A stretch of 64,000 nt of DNA from Eledone cirrhosa (lineage: Eukaryota). Shown one piece after another: positions 35,234 through 47,414 of this stretch. Both the position numbers and the translations under genes were made by a program. How positions within the stretch are numbered: the first letter of the stretch is position 1; each line of letters opens with the position of its first letter. The notes beneath the pieces were generated by a model. It saw only the letters and a program-made list of their open reading frames with translations, was not told where the DNA came from and did no database searches. The stretch spans positions 6,386,001-6,450,000 of the forward strand of contig OZ024743.1 in assembly GCA_964016885.1 (NCBI GenBank), written 5' to 3'.

Positions 35234-37284
35234 ACAGTAAGGTGGAGGAGTCAATTAAGGCCAAAAAGCAGGCTTGGAAAGCATGGCGGGATGGGGGAAG
35301 TAGAGAAGACTATCAGGTGGCCAGGAGGGAAGCTAGGAGACAAGTGTACTTCGCAAGAAGGGAAGCAGAGGAAAGAAAGTTCAAGCATGTTCTACAACGT
35401 GAGGACCAAAAACGTGAGGTGTTCAGGATTGCCAGGCAATGTGTCAAGGAAAACCGTGATATTGTCAGGGAGAAGTGTGTACTTAACGATGATGGCATAC
35501 TTGCCATCACCGACGCTGATAAGAAGGTAGCTTGGAAGTGTCACTACGAAAGGCTTCTAAATGAGGAGAACAAATGGGAGAAAGACAGTCTCCCCCACAT
35601 CGACCCAATAGAGGGACCAGCAGTGTTAGTCCAGGGTAGTACAATAAGCAAGGCAATCAAAGATATGAAGACGTGTAAGGCGGCTGGTCCTTCGGAAATA
35701 GTTGCTGAGATGCTGAAGGCATCTGGTTCGGTGGGACACACCATGGTCACCCGGATAGTTAACCAAGTCGTACAGAATGGGGTTGTTCCGAAGGACTGGC
35801 GTAGCAGCATCATCGTTAACTGCTATAAGGGAAAAGGAGATGCCCTAGATAGGAGTAACTATAGAGGCATTAAATTAATCGACCAGGTCATGAAGGTCAC
35901 GGAAAAAGTAATAGCGCAACTAATCAGAGAGAGAATTGATCTAGATGAAATGCAGTTCGGATTTGTGTCAGGCAAAAGTACCACAGACGCTCTTTTCATT
36001 GTACGACAACTACAGGAGAAGTACCTAGCTAAAAGTAAACCCCTATACTTAGCTTTCGTCGACTTGGAGAAAGCCTTCGACAGAGTCCCCCGTTCCATTA
36101 TCTGGTGGTCTCTTAGAAAACTAGGTGTTGACGAATGGCTTGTGAGAGCTATACAAGCCATGTATAAAGAAACAGTCAGTAAGGTTAGAATTAACAACGA
36201 ATATAGTGAAGAGTTTAGCGTAAAAGTTGGTGTCCATCAGGGCTCTGTTCTTAGCCCGCTACTATTTATTATTGCCCTTCAGGCTATAACAGAGGAGTTC
36301 AAGACCGGCTGCCCATGGGAACTCCTATACGCAGATGATCTAACGCTCATAGCTGAATCAATGACCGAACTAGAGAAGAAATTCCAAACATGGAAGCACG
36401 GCCTAGAATCAAAAGGCCTTAAAATTAACCTGGCTAAGACTAAAGTTCTAGTTTGTAGGAAAGAAAATAAGGCGGCAGTCCCATCTGGGAAATGGCCATG
36501 CTCAGTGTGTAGGAAAGGCGTAGGTAGAAACTCCATTTTATGTCCCAAATGCAAAGTATGGGTGCATAAAAGATGTAGTGGGATCACAGGTAAGCTAACT
36601 AAGAACATAGATTTTACATGTGGCCGGTGCTCTGGTGCAATAAGTAGCAGCAAGTGCCCACAAAATACTAGCTCCTTCAACTGCGCAGAGGGTTCTATAG
36701 AAATAGTGGACAGCTTCCGTTACCTGGGTGACAAAATCAGCAGTGGGGGAGGGTGCTCTGAAAGTACAGTAGCTAGAGTCAGAACTGGATGGAAAAAGTT
36801 CAGAGAGCTTATACCACTATTAGCCGCTAGAGGGTTCTCCCTAAAAATGAAAGGCAGGTTATATGATGCCTGCATACGAACAGCAATGCTGCATGGCAGT
36901 GAGACCTGGGCATTGTGTGCAGAGGATATACGCAGACTAGAGAGGAACGAAGCTTGCATGCTCCGATGGATGTGCAATAGTAATATACGTGAACGGCAAA
37001 GGATAAACGAACTAAGGAAAAAATTAGAGATAAGAGGGATCAGATGTTGTTTACTCGAGAGAAGGCTACGTTGGTACGGTCACGTGATGCGCATGAAAGA
37101 CGACAGCTGTATAACAAAGTGCAGGGCAATAAAGATAGACGGTAGCCACGGAGTAGGCAGACCCAGAAAAACATGGGACGAGCTGATAAATTCCGACCTC
37201 ACACGCTTACACCTCTCCAAGACAATGTCACTGGACCGAGACCTTTGGCGGTACTCAGTAATAGAGAAGACCCGCCTTACCTAA
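35233..37284 (+). CDS. RTE ORF, reverse transcriptase part with embedded PHD-type finger
   Basis: KAAGPS, NYRGIKL, QFGF, AFVDLEKAFDRV, GVHQGSVLSPLLF, LLYADDL, CSVC...CPKCKVWVHKRC...CGRC, FRYLG, RLRWYGHV, GRPRKTW. Confidence 0.88.
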   Translation, partial: NSKVEESIKAKKQAWKAWRDGGSREDYQVARREARRQVYFARREAEERKFKHVLQREDQKREVFRIARQCVKENRDIVREKCVLNDDGILAITDADKKVAWKCHYERLLNEENKWEKDSLPHIDPIEGPAVLVQGSTISKAIKDMKTCKAAGPSEIVAEMLKASGSVGHTMVTRIVNQVVQNGVVPKDWRSSIIVNCYKGKGDALDRSNYRGIKLIDQVMKVTEKVIAQLIRERIDLDEMQFGFVSGKSTTDALFIVRQLQEKYLAKSKPLYLAFVDLEKAFDRVPRSIIWWSLRKLGVDEWLVRAIQAMYKETVSKVRINNEYSEEFSVKVGVHQGSVLSPLLFIIALQAITEEFKTGCPWELLYADDLTLIAESMTELEKKFQTWKHGLESKGLKINLAKTKVLVCRKENKAAVPSGKWPCSVCRKGVGRNSILCPKCKVWVHKRCSGITGKLTKNIDFTCGRCSGAISSSKCPQNTSSFNCAEGSIEIVDSFRYLGDKISSGGGCSESTVARVRTGWKKFRELIPLLAARGFSLKMKGRLYDACIRTAMLHGSETWALCAEDIRRLERNEACMLRWMCNSNIRERQRINELRKKLEIRGIRCCLLERRLRWYGHVMRMKDDSCITKCRAIKIDGSHGVGRPRKTWDELINSDLTRLHLSKTMSLDRDLWRYSVIEKTRLT

Positions 37285-38789
37285 ATACAAAGTAAAAACC
37301 TACTACAGTCAGTAGGCATCTCTATCAAAACACCCCTCCGTCCCACCACCTCCACCCCATCCACACCGCCCCTTTCAATGTAAAGTTATGTTGGTCCCAC
37401 AACATCCAGGCCGAAACAAATGAGATCGTGTAGGTGTCACGACAAAAAAACACACAGTCCACGCTGTAAATGTGGCCGTGTAGGCAACACGGTAAAAACC
37501 TCCCAGCCCCACACTGTAAATGTGGTTGGTGTTAGGAAGGGCATCCAGCTGTAGAAAACCCGCCAGACAGTCCACGCTGTAATGTGGCCGTGTAGGCAAC
37601 ACGGTAAAAACCTCCCAGCCCCACACTGTAAATGTGGTTGGTGTTAGGAAGGGCATCCAACTGTAGAAAACCCGCCAGACAGTCCTATGCGAGCAAGACA
37701 ACCACTCTTGCCTCAAGTGGGAAAACCCCCGTCCAAACCCATGCAAGCGTGGAACACGGACGCTAAACCTGATGATGATGATGATATGTATATTGGTTTA
37801 TGAAGCTAGCCAGAGAATTCGTACATACATACATACATATATATTTACATTTGTGTGTGTGTGTGTGTCATTTGTATGAAATCATCAAGAAACAGCTCTA
37901 GTCCTGTAGAAATTATTTCTTTATAAAATATATGTTTCTATCATGTCCATGAAAGTCACCAGCTGTAATAATAATGTCTCTGTTATCCATTATTAAATAT
38001 TTTGCTTAAATCTGCTGAAAGCTTCACTAAACTCAAAATATACGACATCTCCAAAAATATTGAGTATTTCATCAAAATGGTGAAGAAGTGGTGTTACAGC
38101 TTTATAATTTATTATATTGTTTATTTTGAATACAGTGGGCGTTTAAAGGATTAAATGTGTAACTGTTATATCAGACAATGAATGTATTATTATCATGTCT
38201 CATAAGCTATTCATTTTATTCAATAAACCTTTTTCAATTAGTATACATGAGACACTTGGCTTTCAGTGGTGATTGAATGAAACTATGGTTTAAATATCAC
38301 TAAAAGTAACGTATTACCTGAAATATAATAACATTGGCATGATATGATTCAAATGGGTGTCAAAACAAGTAATGTAATTCTGCCATATAATATCAAGCAA
38401 AGTTGAGTTATTCAGTGAAGCATACATTTATGATGCATTCAAGCCTAAAACCTAATTCTCAATAGATCCATGTAATCAAATTAATTCTATCTCAATCAGG
38501 TGTTCTAGACATAAATTAAAGATCACTGTTTAGAGAATTTCTTTTATGTCTAACCCATGCTAGCGTGAAAGATAGACGTTAAACGAAGATGATGATGATG
38601 ATAATACTTTTGTGACTAATTTTATTTTTGATAATATATTGATTCTTTTCCCAAGACAGTTTAAGTGAAATGGAATAGCTTCAATTATAAAGTGAAATCA
38701 TTTTCTAGATGCCATAGAATTTATGGCATGCAACATATTTTTGCTAATATATCATAGCTTTATATCAGTGTTATAAACATTTAACATTT

Positions 38790-39330
38790 ATTTTCTCATG
38801 CTGCTATGAATTGAGGACTCTATCACACAGCATGTTGCCATCATCTCAGTTTTTCATAATTTTAGATGTGAAGCCCAGTGTCTTCATAGATCTTCCCCTA
38901 CCATGAATGCTCTACACCAAAAGTACACATCACACTTTCACTAAACACTTGTTGTCCACTTACATAACATGTATATACTAGCAGAGAATCCCTTCATATA
39001 CATACTAGCTTACACTTTTGGTGATCAGTTACTTTCTCAATTCACATGTTCTGACTTACATGCAGGTTAACACTAAATATTAAACAAATTCTACTCATCT
39101 CATATCTCTTTAGACTCTGCATATCTTCTACAATTAGTGCCCATGTAATATTACCTTGCAGTAACACACTTTTTAGACATGCTTTCATACAGAAAAATAC
39201 CCTTTGTTGTCTAAAGAAGACAACAGCATTCTGAATTTCTTCCATACAAACAACTATGCTTTCATTATAACCAAGTCAAGCACTAATTAAATCATCTGGT
39301 AACAAACAATCTACTGGTAAGTTGTGCAGT
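38790..39330 (-). pseudogene. Decayed RTE C-terminal fragment
   Basis: ACLKSVLLQGNITWALIVEDMQSLKRYEMS aligns to ACIRTAMLHGSETWALCAEDIRRLERNEAC of the 35233-37284 ORF. Confidence 0.65.
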
Positions 39331-40030
39331 TCAAAGATTTCATTTCAGAGCAGCTCTTAGAAATTCTGATTCTTTGTCAGCCTACCAGAGACCCTTTTCC
39401 ATTTTTTGTCAGCACATTATTTACATTGAGAACACAAGAGCCACCTCTCAGATTTAGTCAAGGAAAAGCAGTACCCATGAACGTTGCAAACCCTCACAGA
39501 ATGGTAAGATTAATTGTAGCTTACAGATGTGTCCGTGAAACATATACATATACACAAGGTCCAAACACAAAAGAACCAAACTCCCACAATTTCTGCTTCG
39601 TCTCTCCCACTCTCCCCATCTCTCACTATTATGAGCAAATGGGGTAGACGCGCTGGCCTGTGTTCACATTTCATGCACTCTCTTACACTTTAATTTTTAC
39701 TATATATCTTTTCAAGTTTTAGATTCTAAATCATGTTTCTATGTTTGGATATTTTTCTGCAACTCTTCAGTAGAAGAAAATCAGAGTATAAGCATTTATT
39801 AACATTAGCATATACGTTCTGAACCTACATGCTATATCTTCATGAGCTATAATGAATGGTATGAGTCTGAGGCCATAACCTTGATGAACACATAACTCTA
39901 AATTCCTATACAAACATGCTGTTAATATTAATTTTGCTTACATTTTGCTTGATTCTCACACATTGTTCTTTATATATAGTTTCCTTCATGCTAACCAGAC
40001 TACAGAGTAAGTGACCTTATGAAAGTCCTT

Positions 40031-40482
40031 CATCATCATCATCATCATCATCAACGTTTAACGTCCGTGTTCCACGCTTGCATGGGTTTGGACGGGGGTA
40101 GTCCCACTTGAGGCAAGAGTGATTGCCTTGCTCGCATAGGACTGTCTGGCAGGTTTTCTACAGTTGGATGCCCTTCCTAACACCAACCACATTTACAGTG
40201 TGGGTCTGGGAGGTTTTTACCGTGTTGCCTACACGGCCACATTACAGCGTGGACTGTGTGTTTTTTTGTCGTGACACCTACACGATCTCATTTGTTTCGG
40301 CCTCGATGGCGCGGCACCAACATAACTTTACATAGAACGGGGTGGTGTGGATCGGGTGGGGGTGGTGGTGGTGGGACGGGGTGTATTTTGTTAGAGATGC
40401 CTACTGGCTGGAGTAGGTTTTACTATATATTTAGGTAAGGCGGGTCTTCTCTGTTACTGAGTACCGCCAAAGGTCTCGGTCC
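40031..40482 (-). mobile_element. RTE 3' fragment, same family as 34176-37785
   Basis: High-identity reverse complement of 37232-37785, lacking the 112-bp internal duplication. (CAT)n at the left end. Confidence 0.9.
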
Positions 40483-40687
40483 AAGAAACATTTCTAAACT
40501 GCATTTTATCTAGTTATCTTAGGAACTAACTTTACCAACACGCTCTTAACATTCAAGATTTTGTTCATCATTTTGAGATCTCTATAATTGTCCCATTTCC
40601 ACCCCACCCCTTCAGTCCATCTCAGTCATCTTTTTTGCAGATGATGATGATTCTGCTATTTAAGTTATTAGATATATCTTATATTTA

Positions 40688-40992
40688 CCACCATCTGGAG
40701 CAGATACAAGCTATGCAGTGTGGAAATGCCTAAACAGACTAAGATCTGGTTTTGGATGTGCAAAAGTCAATCTTGCAAAATGGGGATATTTAAAGGATGG
40801 GGTTGTTGTGTGACTGCGGCATCGAACCAAAGACTACGCAGCACCTCCTGATAAGCACCCTGCTGGAACACCCCTGCACACCATTGGACTTGGCAGAGTT
40901 TTATGAGAAAGGATAGCAATGTGTTCAGCTGTGGTGGGACCACATCTAGCCAAGCTTTGTAATTGACACTCTTGTGGACACGACAAGAAGAA
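40688..40992 (+). mobile_element. Vingi/Ingi-like (I group) LINE 3' fragment
   Basis: VWKCLNRLRSGFG.AK.NL.KWGY...CDCG.EP.T.QHLL, ending ggacacgacaagaagaa. The last ~55 bp are duplicated at about 41020-41072. Confidence 0.65.
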
Positions 40993-41589
40993 TAATTCAG
41001 TGACTAACTAGTAAATGTTGACACTATTGTGGATACGACAAGAATAATAATTTAGTGACTAATTAGTAAATGAGCCTAACGTTTTGAACATCTCAGTAAT
41101 TATCTCTTGGAGGTTGGCTGTTTTTATTTTGCCTTCGTCTTCTAAAAGGCTTACAACTCATACTAAATCTTCAATAGTTTGTGTTTCTATTGCATAGTGA
41201 GAGTAGTTACACACTCCTCTAATTCTATCATCCATTTAACAATTAATAGTAGCGCTCATGTTTCTTTCTTGTTCTATCACTATGGGGAAATATTCCAGTT
41301 TTGTTGCAAATATTGTTCTCCCGAATGACATCTTGATTCATACAAATATACTGTTTTACTATTTGAATCACTTCATCTTTCTTATCCTAATAGGGACATT
41401 AATGAACAGTACATTCTCTGCTTCTTCTCTAATGTCTAGCTTCCTCCTCAACTTCTTGATGTTGCTCTTTTCTACATATCATTCATTCCTTCCAGATCTT
41501 TTACTTAGTATTATAGTCTTGTCCACTGTGTTAGACTACCATGAATGGCAAATTCTTCACTTGCAAAAATCAGTGGGAAGATTTTTTTA

Positions 41590-41820
41590 TCCTGTTCCTT
41601 GTGGTGGCACACCCTGAGGTGGCTGTAGAGGCTAATCCTGGAACTGCAGGCTCTGGTGCAATTGGGGCAAGCGTATACTTGGTCAGTCAGTTGTTGGGTG
41701 GTGGACAGTTTTCCTCTTTGATGTTTGTCTTCAGCTGCTGCCTCTCTGCCCTCCTCAAAGCTGACTACAGCTGTTTTGATGGTCGCTTTCACTATGTCAT
41801 CAACTACCATGCTGTGGACT
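41590..41820 (-). pseudogene. RTE (BovB-like) C-terminal fragment with C2H2 finger
   Basis: SFEEGR...KHQRGK...YACPNCTRACSSRISLYSHLRVC. Confidence 0.65.
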
Positions 41821-42939
41821 TGTTCCATCAAATGAATTGTTCACTGATATGCATTCTATATTATAATTCCCCATAACTTCTTTCCTGTTGTAATTGGTAT
41901 TCTATTAATTATTGTGGATACAATTTTATCTGCATTTTTGATATATTTGGAGCTTGTGTGATGCAGTGTGATGGGGTACAGTGTTGTACAGTATGGTGCC
42001 ATGTAGCGCAGTGCAGTGTGGTGTGGTTTTGTGAGGTGTGGTGCAGGGCCTTAGTTAACAAACTGGGTTTGGATTTTTGCCAATTTCTCAGACATAAAAT
42101 GGGGTGGAGGGTTTGACTTATATTCAGATTGACTAATATTTGAGTATATATGGTACTCTCTGATCAAGCATTTCCTCATTCATTCCTAGCTAAGCCCAAC
42201 TTCCTCCTATCTCTGATGTCATACTTGTCTTTTCATTTCTACTAGGTCCTTAGTTTATACTCAACATGATTAACCATTTTAACCTCCTCTAACCTATATA
42301 CTGCACATCAATCATCCATGCTTTGACATGTGTTGTACATAAGCAAAACAGGTTGCAATTTGGATGATCAATTCTGGAATCATCTCCACAATGTCTGTAA
42401 CAACACTCCTGAAGTCCTTCAATCCATAGCCTGACACTATAACCTAGCTACTTCTCTGACCACCTCTCAGTCTGTGAAGTTTGTTCTCCAGCAAATTACA
42501 CTTGCAAATATAATGAAAAGCATTTCATCTTTAACTTTTGTTCCATAACTGCTTTTGATTCTGCTTGCTATGCTCACTTCTGATATCCTCTCCCATCTAT
42601 CAAGAATGCCCTAGTTTTATTTTCTGTTTATATGTTAGTATGTTTATAGATATCTTTACATGAGTTCATTCATATATTATAATGCACTTTTGTTTGTGCA
42701 TTTGCCTGTACTATATATATATATGTGTGTGTGTGTGTGCATGTCAAAAAGACTATCTATATGTGAGAGCTATACTAGCCAAAAAATACTTGTCCATTCT
42801 TACGACAAAATTTTCTTTGGCTGACCTAAATTTTAAATGCATCTTTACTCCTTGCTTTGCATTCCCCCCCCCCCCCGTCCTCTCATCACTTAAACAACAC
42901 CATGACCTTCCTTAAAGCTTCAACTCTCTACTTTCACTC

Positions 42940-43604
42940 TCCCTTTACGATCTGAGTTCAAATCCCGCCGAGGTTGACTTTGCCTTTCATCCTTACGGGG
43001 TCGATAAAATAAAGTACCAGTAATGCACTGGGTAATTGCTGGCCTTGTGCCTAAAATAGAAACAATTATTTATTGACCCTCTCATTCACCTGCACACCAC
43101 ATACACACCACATTTATTATAGTCATTAGTCGTAAGGTTTCCCAATGGTTCTTAACCCTTTACCATTTACATTGCTTTATATTATTATATTTTCACAGTA
43201 AAATTTACGATCTGACTTCAAATCCCGCCGAGGTTGACTTTGCCTTTCATCCTTACGGGGTCGATAAAATAAAGTACCAGTAATGCACTGGGTAATTGCT
43301 GGCCGTGTGCCTAAAATAGAAACAATTATTTATTGACCCTCTCATTCACCTGCACACCACATACACACCACATTTATTATAGTCATTAGTCGTAAGGTTT
43401 CCCAATGGTTCTTAACCCTTTACCATTTACATTGCTTTATATTATTATATTTTCACAGTAAAATTTACGATCTGACTTCAAATCCCGCCGAGGTTGACTT
43501 TGCCTTTCATCCTTACGGGGTCGATAAAATAAAGTACCAGTAATGCACTGAGTAATTGCTGGCCTTGTGCCTAAAGTAGAAACAATTATATTTTCACAGT
43601 AAAG
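42940..43604 (+). repeat. 260-bp tandem repeat containing three SINE copies
   Basis: SINE B-box region at 42951, 43211 and 43471 (260-bp period), with an identical spacer. Confidence 0.9.
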
Positions 43605-43778
43605 GCTTTACCTCATATACAATTATTTTACATAATATTAAATATACAAGATTTTGATATTATTTATTTTGAGAACAATATCTTAACATCAGTATGAACA
43701 GCCAGTTACGGCCAGTTTGAACAGAAAGAGGTGACAGAAGTTTGGCCGGATACGGCTGGTTTAAATGCTAAAGGGTTA
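43412..43778. mobile_element. piggyBac-type MITE interrupted by a SINE
   Basis: ttaaccctttaccattta ... taaatgctaaagggttaa ends. Homologue at 53454-53674. Left end is duplicated at about 43152. Confidence 0.65.
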
Positions 43779-43990
43779 AGTCAATAGGGTCAAAATAAGG
43801 ACAGAATTGGTGGCCAGTGGCTCTTTAGAATAGTGATTAATGCATTCACCCAGCATCAAAGAGATACAGGGTTCGATTCCTTACAGGCATATCTGTTCAC
43901 TTTTTCCATCTCCAAGAGTACTTTACTTGATTTTCTCAACGGTTGTTTATAAACTATTATTATGGTCATTTGCATTAAGATGACTATATA

Positions 43991-44061
<71 letters not shown>

Positions 44062-44071
44062 GGGGGGGGGG

Positions 44072-44566
44072 CAACTGCAGGAGCATAAAACTAATGAACC
44101 AGAAAATGAAAGTGACAGAAAGTATTTTAGCACAACTAATTAGGGAGAAAGTTAAATTAGATGAGATGCAATTTGGTTTTGTGCCAGAGAAGAGCACCAC
44201 AGATGCTTTCTTTTTAATGAGACAACTACAAATGAAGATCCTAGCTAAGTGTAAACCACTATATCTGGCTTTTGTTGATCTTGAGAAGGCTTTGACAGAA
44301 CACGATTTCCTTAAAGAAACTAGGGCTTCTAAGAACAGGGCAACCAAGTATAGAGGAGCTGTTGGTAAAGTGAGAGTAGGTAATGAGTTTAGTGAAGAAT
44401 TCAGTGTGGAGGTAGGGGTTCATCAGGGATCAGTCCTCAGCCTACTCCTTATTATTGTTCTCCAGGCCATAACAGAAGAGTTTAAGTCAGGCTGTCCATA
44501 TAAACTTCTATGTGTCGATGACCTGGTTCTTATAGCCAAATAAGTGAAACAGCTAGAGAAGAAATT
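44072..44566 (+). pseudogene. RTE RT fragment with internal deletion
   Basis: NCRSIKLMNQ..DEMQFGFVPEKSTTDA..AFVDLEKA..VGVHQGSVLS..CVDDL: degenerate copy of the 35860-36390 region. Confidence 0.85.
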
Positions 44567-44927
44567 GATATATATGTATATATAAAGCTAGTTACCAAAA
44601 GAAATACAGTATGAACACTTCCAGAGCAGAAAATATGATACAAAATACTTTAAACTTTAACCTTATTTCAATCCAAAGGAAACTATTTGCACAATCTTAA
44701 CAATGCAAACATTATTACTACAGGCTCAAGAAATGACTGGTATTACGAAAGATTCTTGGTTCACAATTCTCATGGAATAAACCATCACTACAACAAATGT
44801 ACACTTTTTAATATCTGCCAACTGCTACAGAATTACAAAATCCAGAAAATACATTAACAATAACTATACTTAACATCAAGCTTACTCACTCATTTGATTT
44901 CCTAAATAAATATATTTATCATTTCAG

Positions 44928-45004
44928 TTCAATTAAAGCATCTAAAAGAGATGTTTCTTTGAGAGGACGCTTGAAAAGAGTTATTATAAAGGACTCAACA
45001 GCAC
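44928..45004 (+). CDS. KCNT: KCNT/Slo2-like K+ channel, N-terminal coding exon
   Basis: tttcag| ... |gtaagt; 77 bp, phase 2 to 1. SIKASKRDVSLRGRLKRVIIKDSTA resembles KCNT ..TFKERLKLFFIKNQRS. Phase fits the next exon. Confidence 0.65.
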
Positions 45005-45329
45005 GTAAGTATAATCATATGATTTATTTCCCTCCTAATTTGAAGAAATTAAACATATTTGTTTTGCCTAATAATACTATATCACTGTAGAACTTATGCA
45101 GTTTATAGTAAATGACAAAAAGGACAGATTCACAGTTTTATAGTTTCAGATTACCTAAAAGTTTATTGCAAAGAATGGAAAAATAAAGATGACCTTATTG
45201 ACTATAAATTTACACTTGTTAGAGTAATTATGCATGTTTTGTGGATTAGTCAAGAGAATAAGAAGGTAGTTCTCAGGTCCTTTGAGATTGGTAAAATCAG
45301 TACAATTGTTTTTTATTAGTTTGAACTTC

Positions 45330-46110
45330 TATAAATGAACACCTACAGAAAAAAAGAACAATGGTTGGAAGGCGATTCCGGTGGGAAGATTCAGCAAAGT
45401 GTTTAGAGCAGACCCTAAAAATGAGACAGTAAGAGTTGACAAAAAACATAAACAAGCGTGTTTGGTGCAGTTGATATGCAAGTAACCAGTGTAGAATAAG
45501 TAGAGAGGAGACAGCTTATTTGTGAGCTAGAGATGGTTATATTTTAGTAAAGGAGTCATTGACAATCAATGAAATAACTTTCTTTTGGATGTAATCAAAG
45601 ATGTTTGGGAGTATAGCAGCAGTGTCATTCAAGATATGGAAGTAGTAGACCATTGTGGAGTCAGCAGCTGATTAGATCTGAAGTATTTTCTGTCTTTGAA
45701 GAGGAAGTCCACTTTTGGGGAGTACAGCTTTAATGATGTTATGTATGTTACTTATATTGTCCTCAGTGGAAAGTATTCTTGAGATCTCAGCTCATGGAGG
45801 TAGAGGAGGTTTATAGTATGATGTCTAGGTTGAATGCAGATCACACCTAGTATGGCAGGTTGAGGAAGACTGAAGAATAGTATCTTCTGCATAGGAGTGA
45901 ATGCTGTTAGAGATGGCAGTAAGGAGTTTTGTAGTCATAGCTAAACCTTGCAGCACAGCATATTTGATAGAGAGAGTCACACTTGCATACACTACAATAA
46001 AGTGATCTAACAAGAGGCTTCCAATCCATGAAAGATGGATGGATCCCATAGGCAAGTAGTTCAGCAAGGCAATCATCATGGTGGACATTGTCAAAGACCA
46101 AGTGATACAA
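45330..46110 (-). pseudogene. Decayed CR1/Jockey-like LINE
   Basis: Minus-strand NSIHSYAEDTILQSS (YADD-like) and a WNRLP-like 3' remnant. Confidence 0.5.
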
Positions 46111-46489
46111 CATTGCTGTCAACAAAATATTTGAATGAAGTTAAATTGTTATTGAGTTATTATTAAATAATTCAATAAATACAAGTAATCACCACCAAAT
46201 TAGTTGTTTATGATTCTAGTTTAGGAGCACATTATGTTGAACTCAAATTTCAATGGAGCAAACTTTACCATTCAACATATCTTGATTAATAAAATTACTA
46301 CCAATAATATCCTTCTTTAAATCCATAAGTCCTGATATGGAGTTGTAGGTGAGCCATATTGGCATACAGATTTTTGGGGGCATGTTTTTAAACCTGGCAG
46401 GGCCAAGTCTGAGGACAGCAAATTTCTTCTTGAGGGGGGGATAGAGAGAGAGAGAGAGAGAAAGGAAGTGAGAAAGAGATATAGAGGAA

Positions 46490-46640
46490 AAATTGACCCC
46501 AGTACTAGATTGGTACTTTTTATTGACCTTGAAAGGATGAAGAGCAAAGTTGACCATGGCAGGATTTGAGTGCAGAAAGCCAGAACCCATACAACAAAGC
46601 ATTCTATCCAAAATTCTAATAACTCTGCCAATTTGCTACT
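46490..46640 (-). mobile_element. Degenerate SINE
   Basis: ttgaccccagtact...aaggatgaagagcaaagttgacc...ggatttgag. Confidence 0.6.
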
Positions 46641-47317
46641 ACTTACCAATAATATATCCTCAATCAACTATGCTTTTGTCCCTACAAAAATAGCTTTTAT
46701 CTCTTTGCAGATTAGACTGAGAGCTTCTTCATAAAGAAAGGTTCTCTGTTCTCATAAATTCAACAATATCATTGCTACTTTTCTGTTTCTTAATTTGACT
46801 ACTTAGAATGTTATCAACTCTGTCCATCTAATAGTGTTAGTATTTACTGTTTTCCATATGAAAGCCTTCAATATTTATACAGTCAATACATTCAGAAAAT
46901 ATACTGTCAACTATTTTTCATGATCTTTATCCTTTTTAAATTATCTCAACCCTTTTGAAATTGTTTTGAATTGTCAACTGAACTGAAACACAAAAATCGT
47001 TAACTTCACTCTACATTTATCATTTATTTCTCGGTCTCAAAATTTTCATCACATTGTTTACACCCTGGTCACTAACACAGTCCTGATAAAACAGTGCCAG
47101 TGTCCAAATCACAAACAGTGGTTCAAAAAGTTTTAATGCCAAGAAATTAACAATAAAGTGAAATTATCAATTTTATTTGTTTTTGAGGGGCTAAAATGAT
47201 ATTCCCACAATGTAATAAATAGAAATAATTGCAAAATGTTTGATAGTATAAATACTAACAGTACATATTCTATCTCTTTAAAATTTCCTTTTCCTGGTGT
47301 TCAATTATATTTTGTAG

Positions 47318-47414
47318 GTCGGGTAGCCATCATATTTGATTTAATCATACGTCTTATGGCTTGTTTCTTCTATGTTGTTCGTGTGATTATTGATGATCAG
47401 CGAGAGTATGATTG
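47318..47414 (+). CDS. KCNT: KCNT/Slo2-like K+ channel, S1 exon
   Basis: tttgtag| ... |gtaagt; 97 bp, phase 1 to 2. RVAIIFDLIIRLMACFFYVVRVIIDDQREYD resembles KCNT [25 protein letters not shown]. Confidence 0.85.

Larger units (their letters stand above)
34176..37785 (+). mobile_element. Near-full-length RTE-clade LINE
   Basis: APE endonuclease and RT, a 3'UTR with ~50-bp subrepeats, ttaggaagggcatcc motif and (GAT)n tail. Confidence 0.92.

Noticed and set aside
26464-39505. Candidate upstream KCNT exons (acceptor at about 26463, donors at about 39316 and 39503)
   Set aside because: In-frame stops, wrong phase for the 44928 exon, or located inside an RTE relic.
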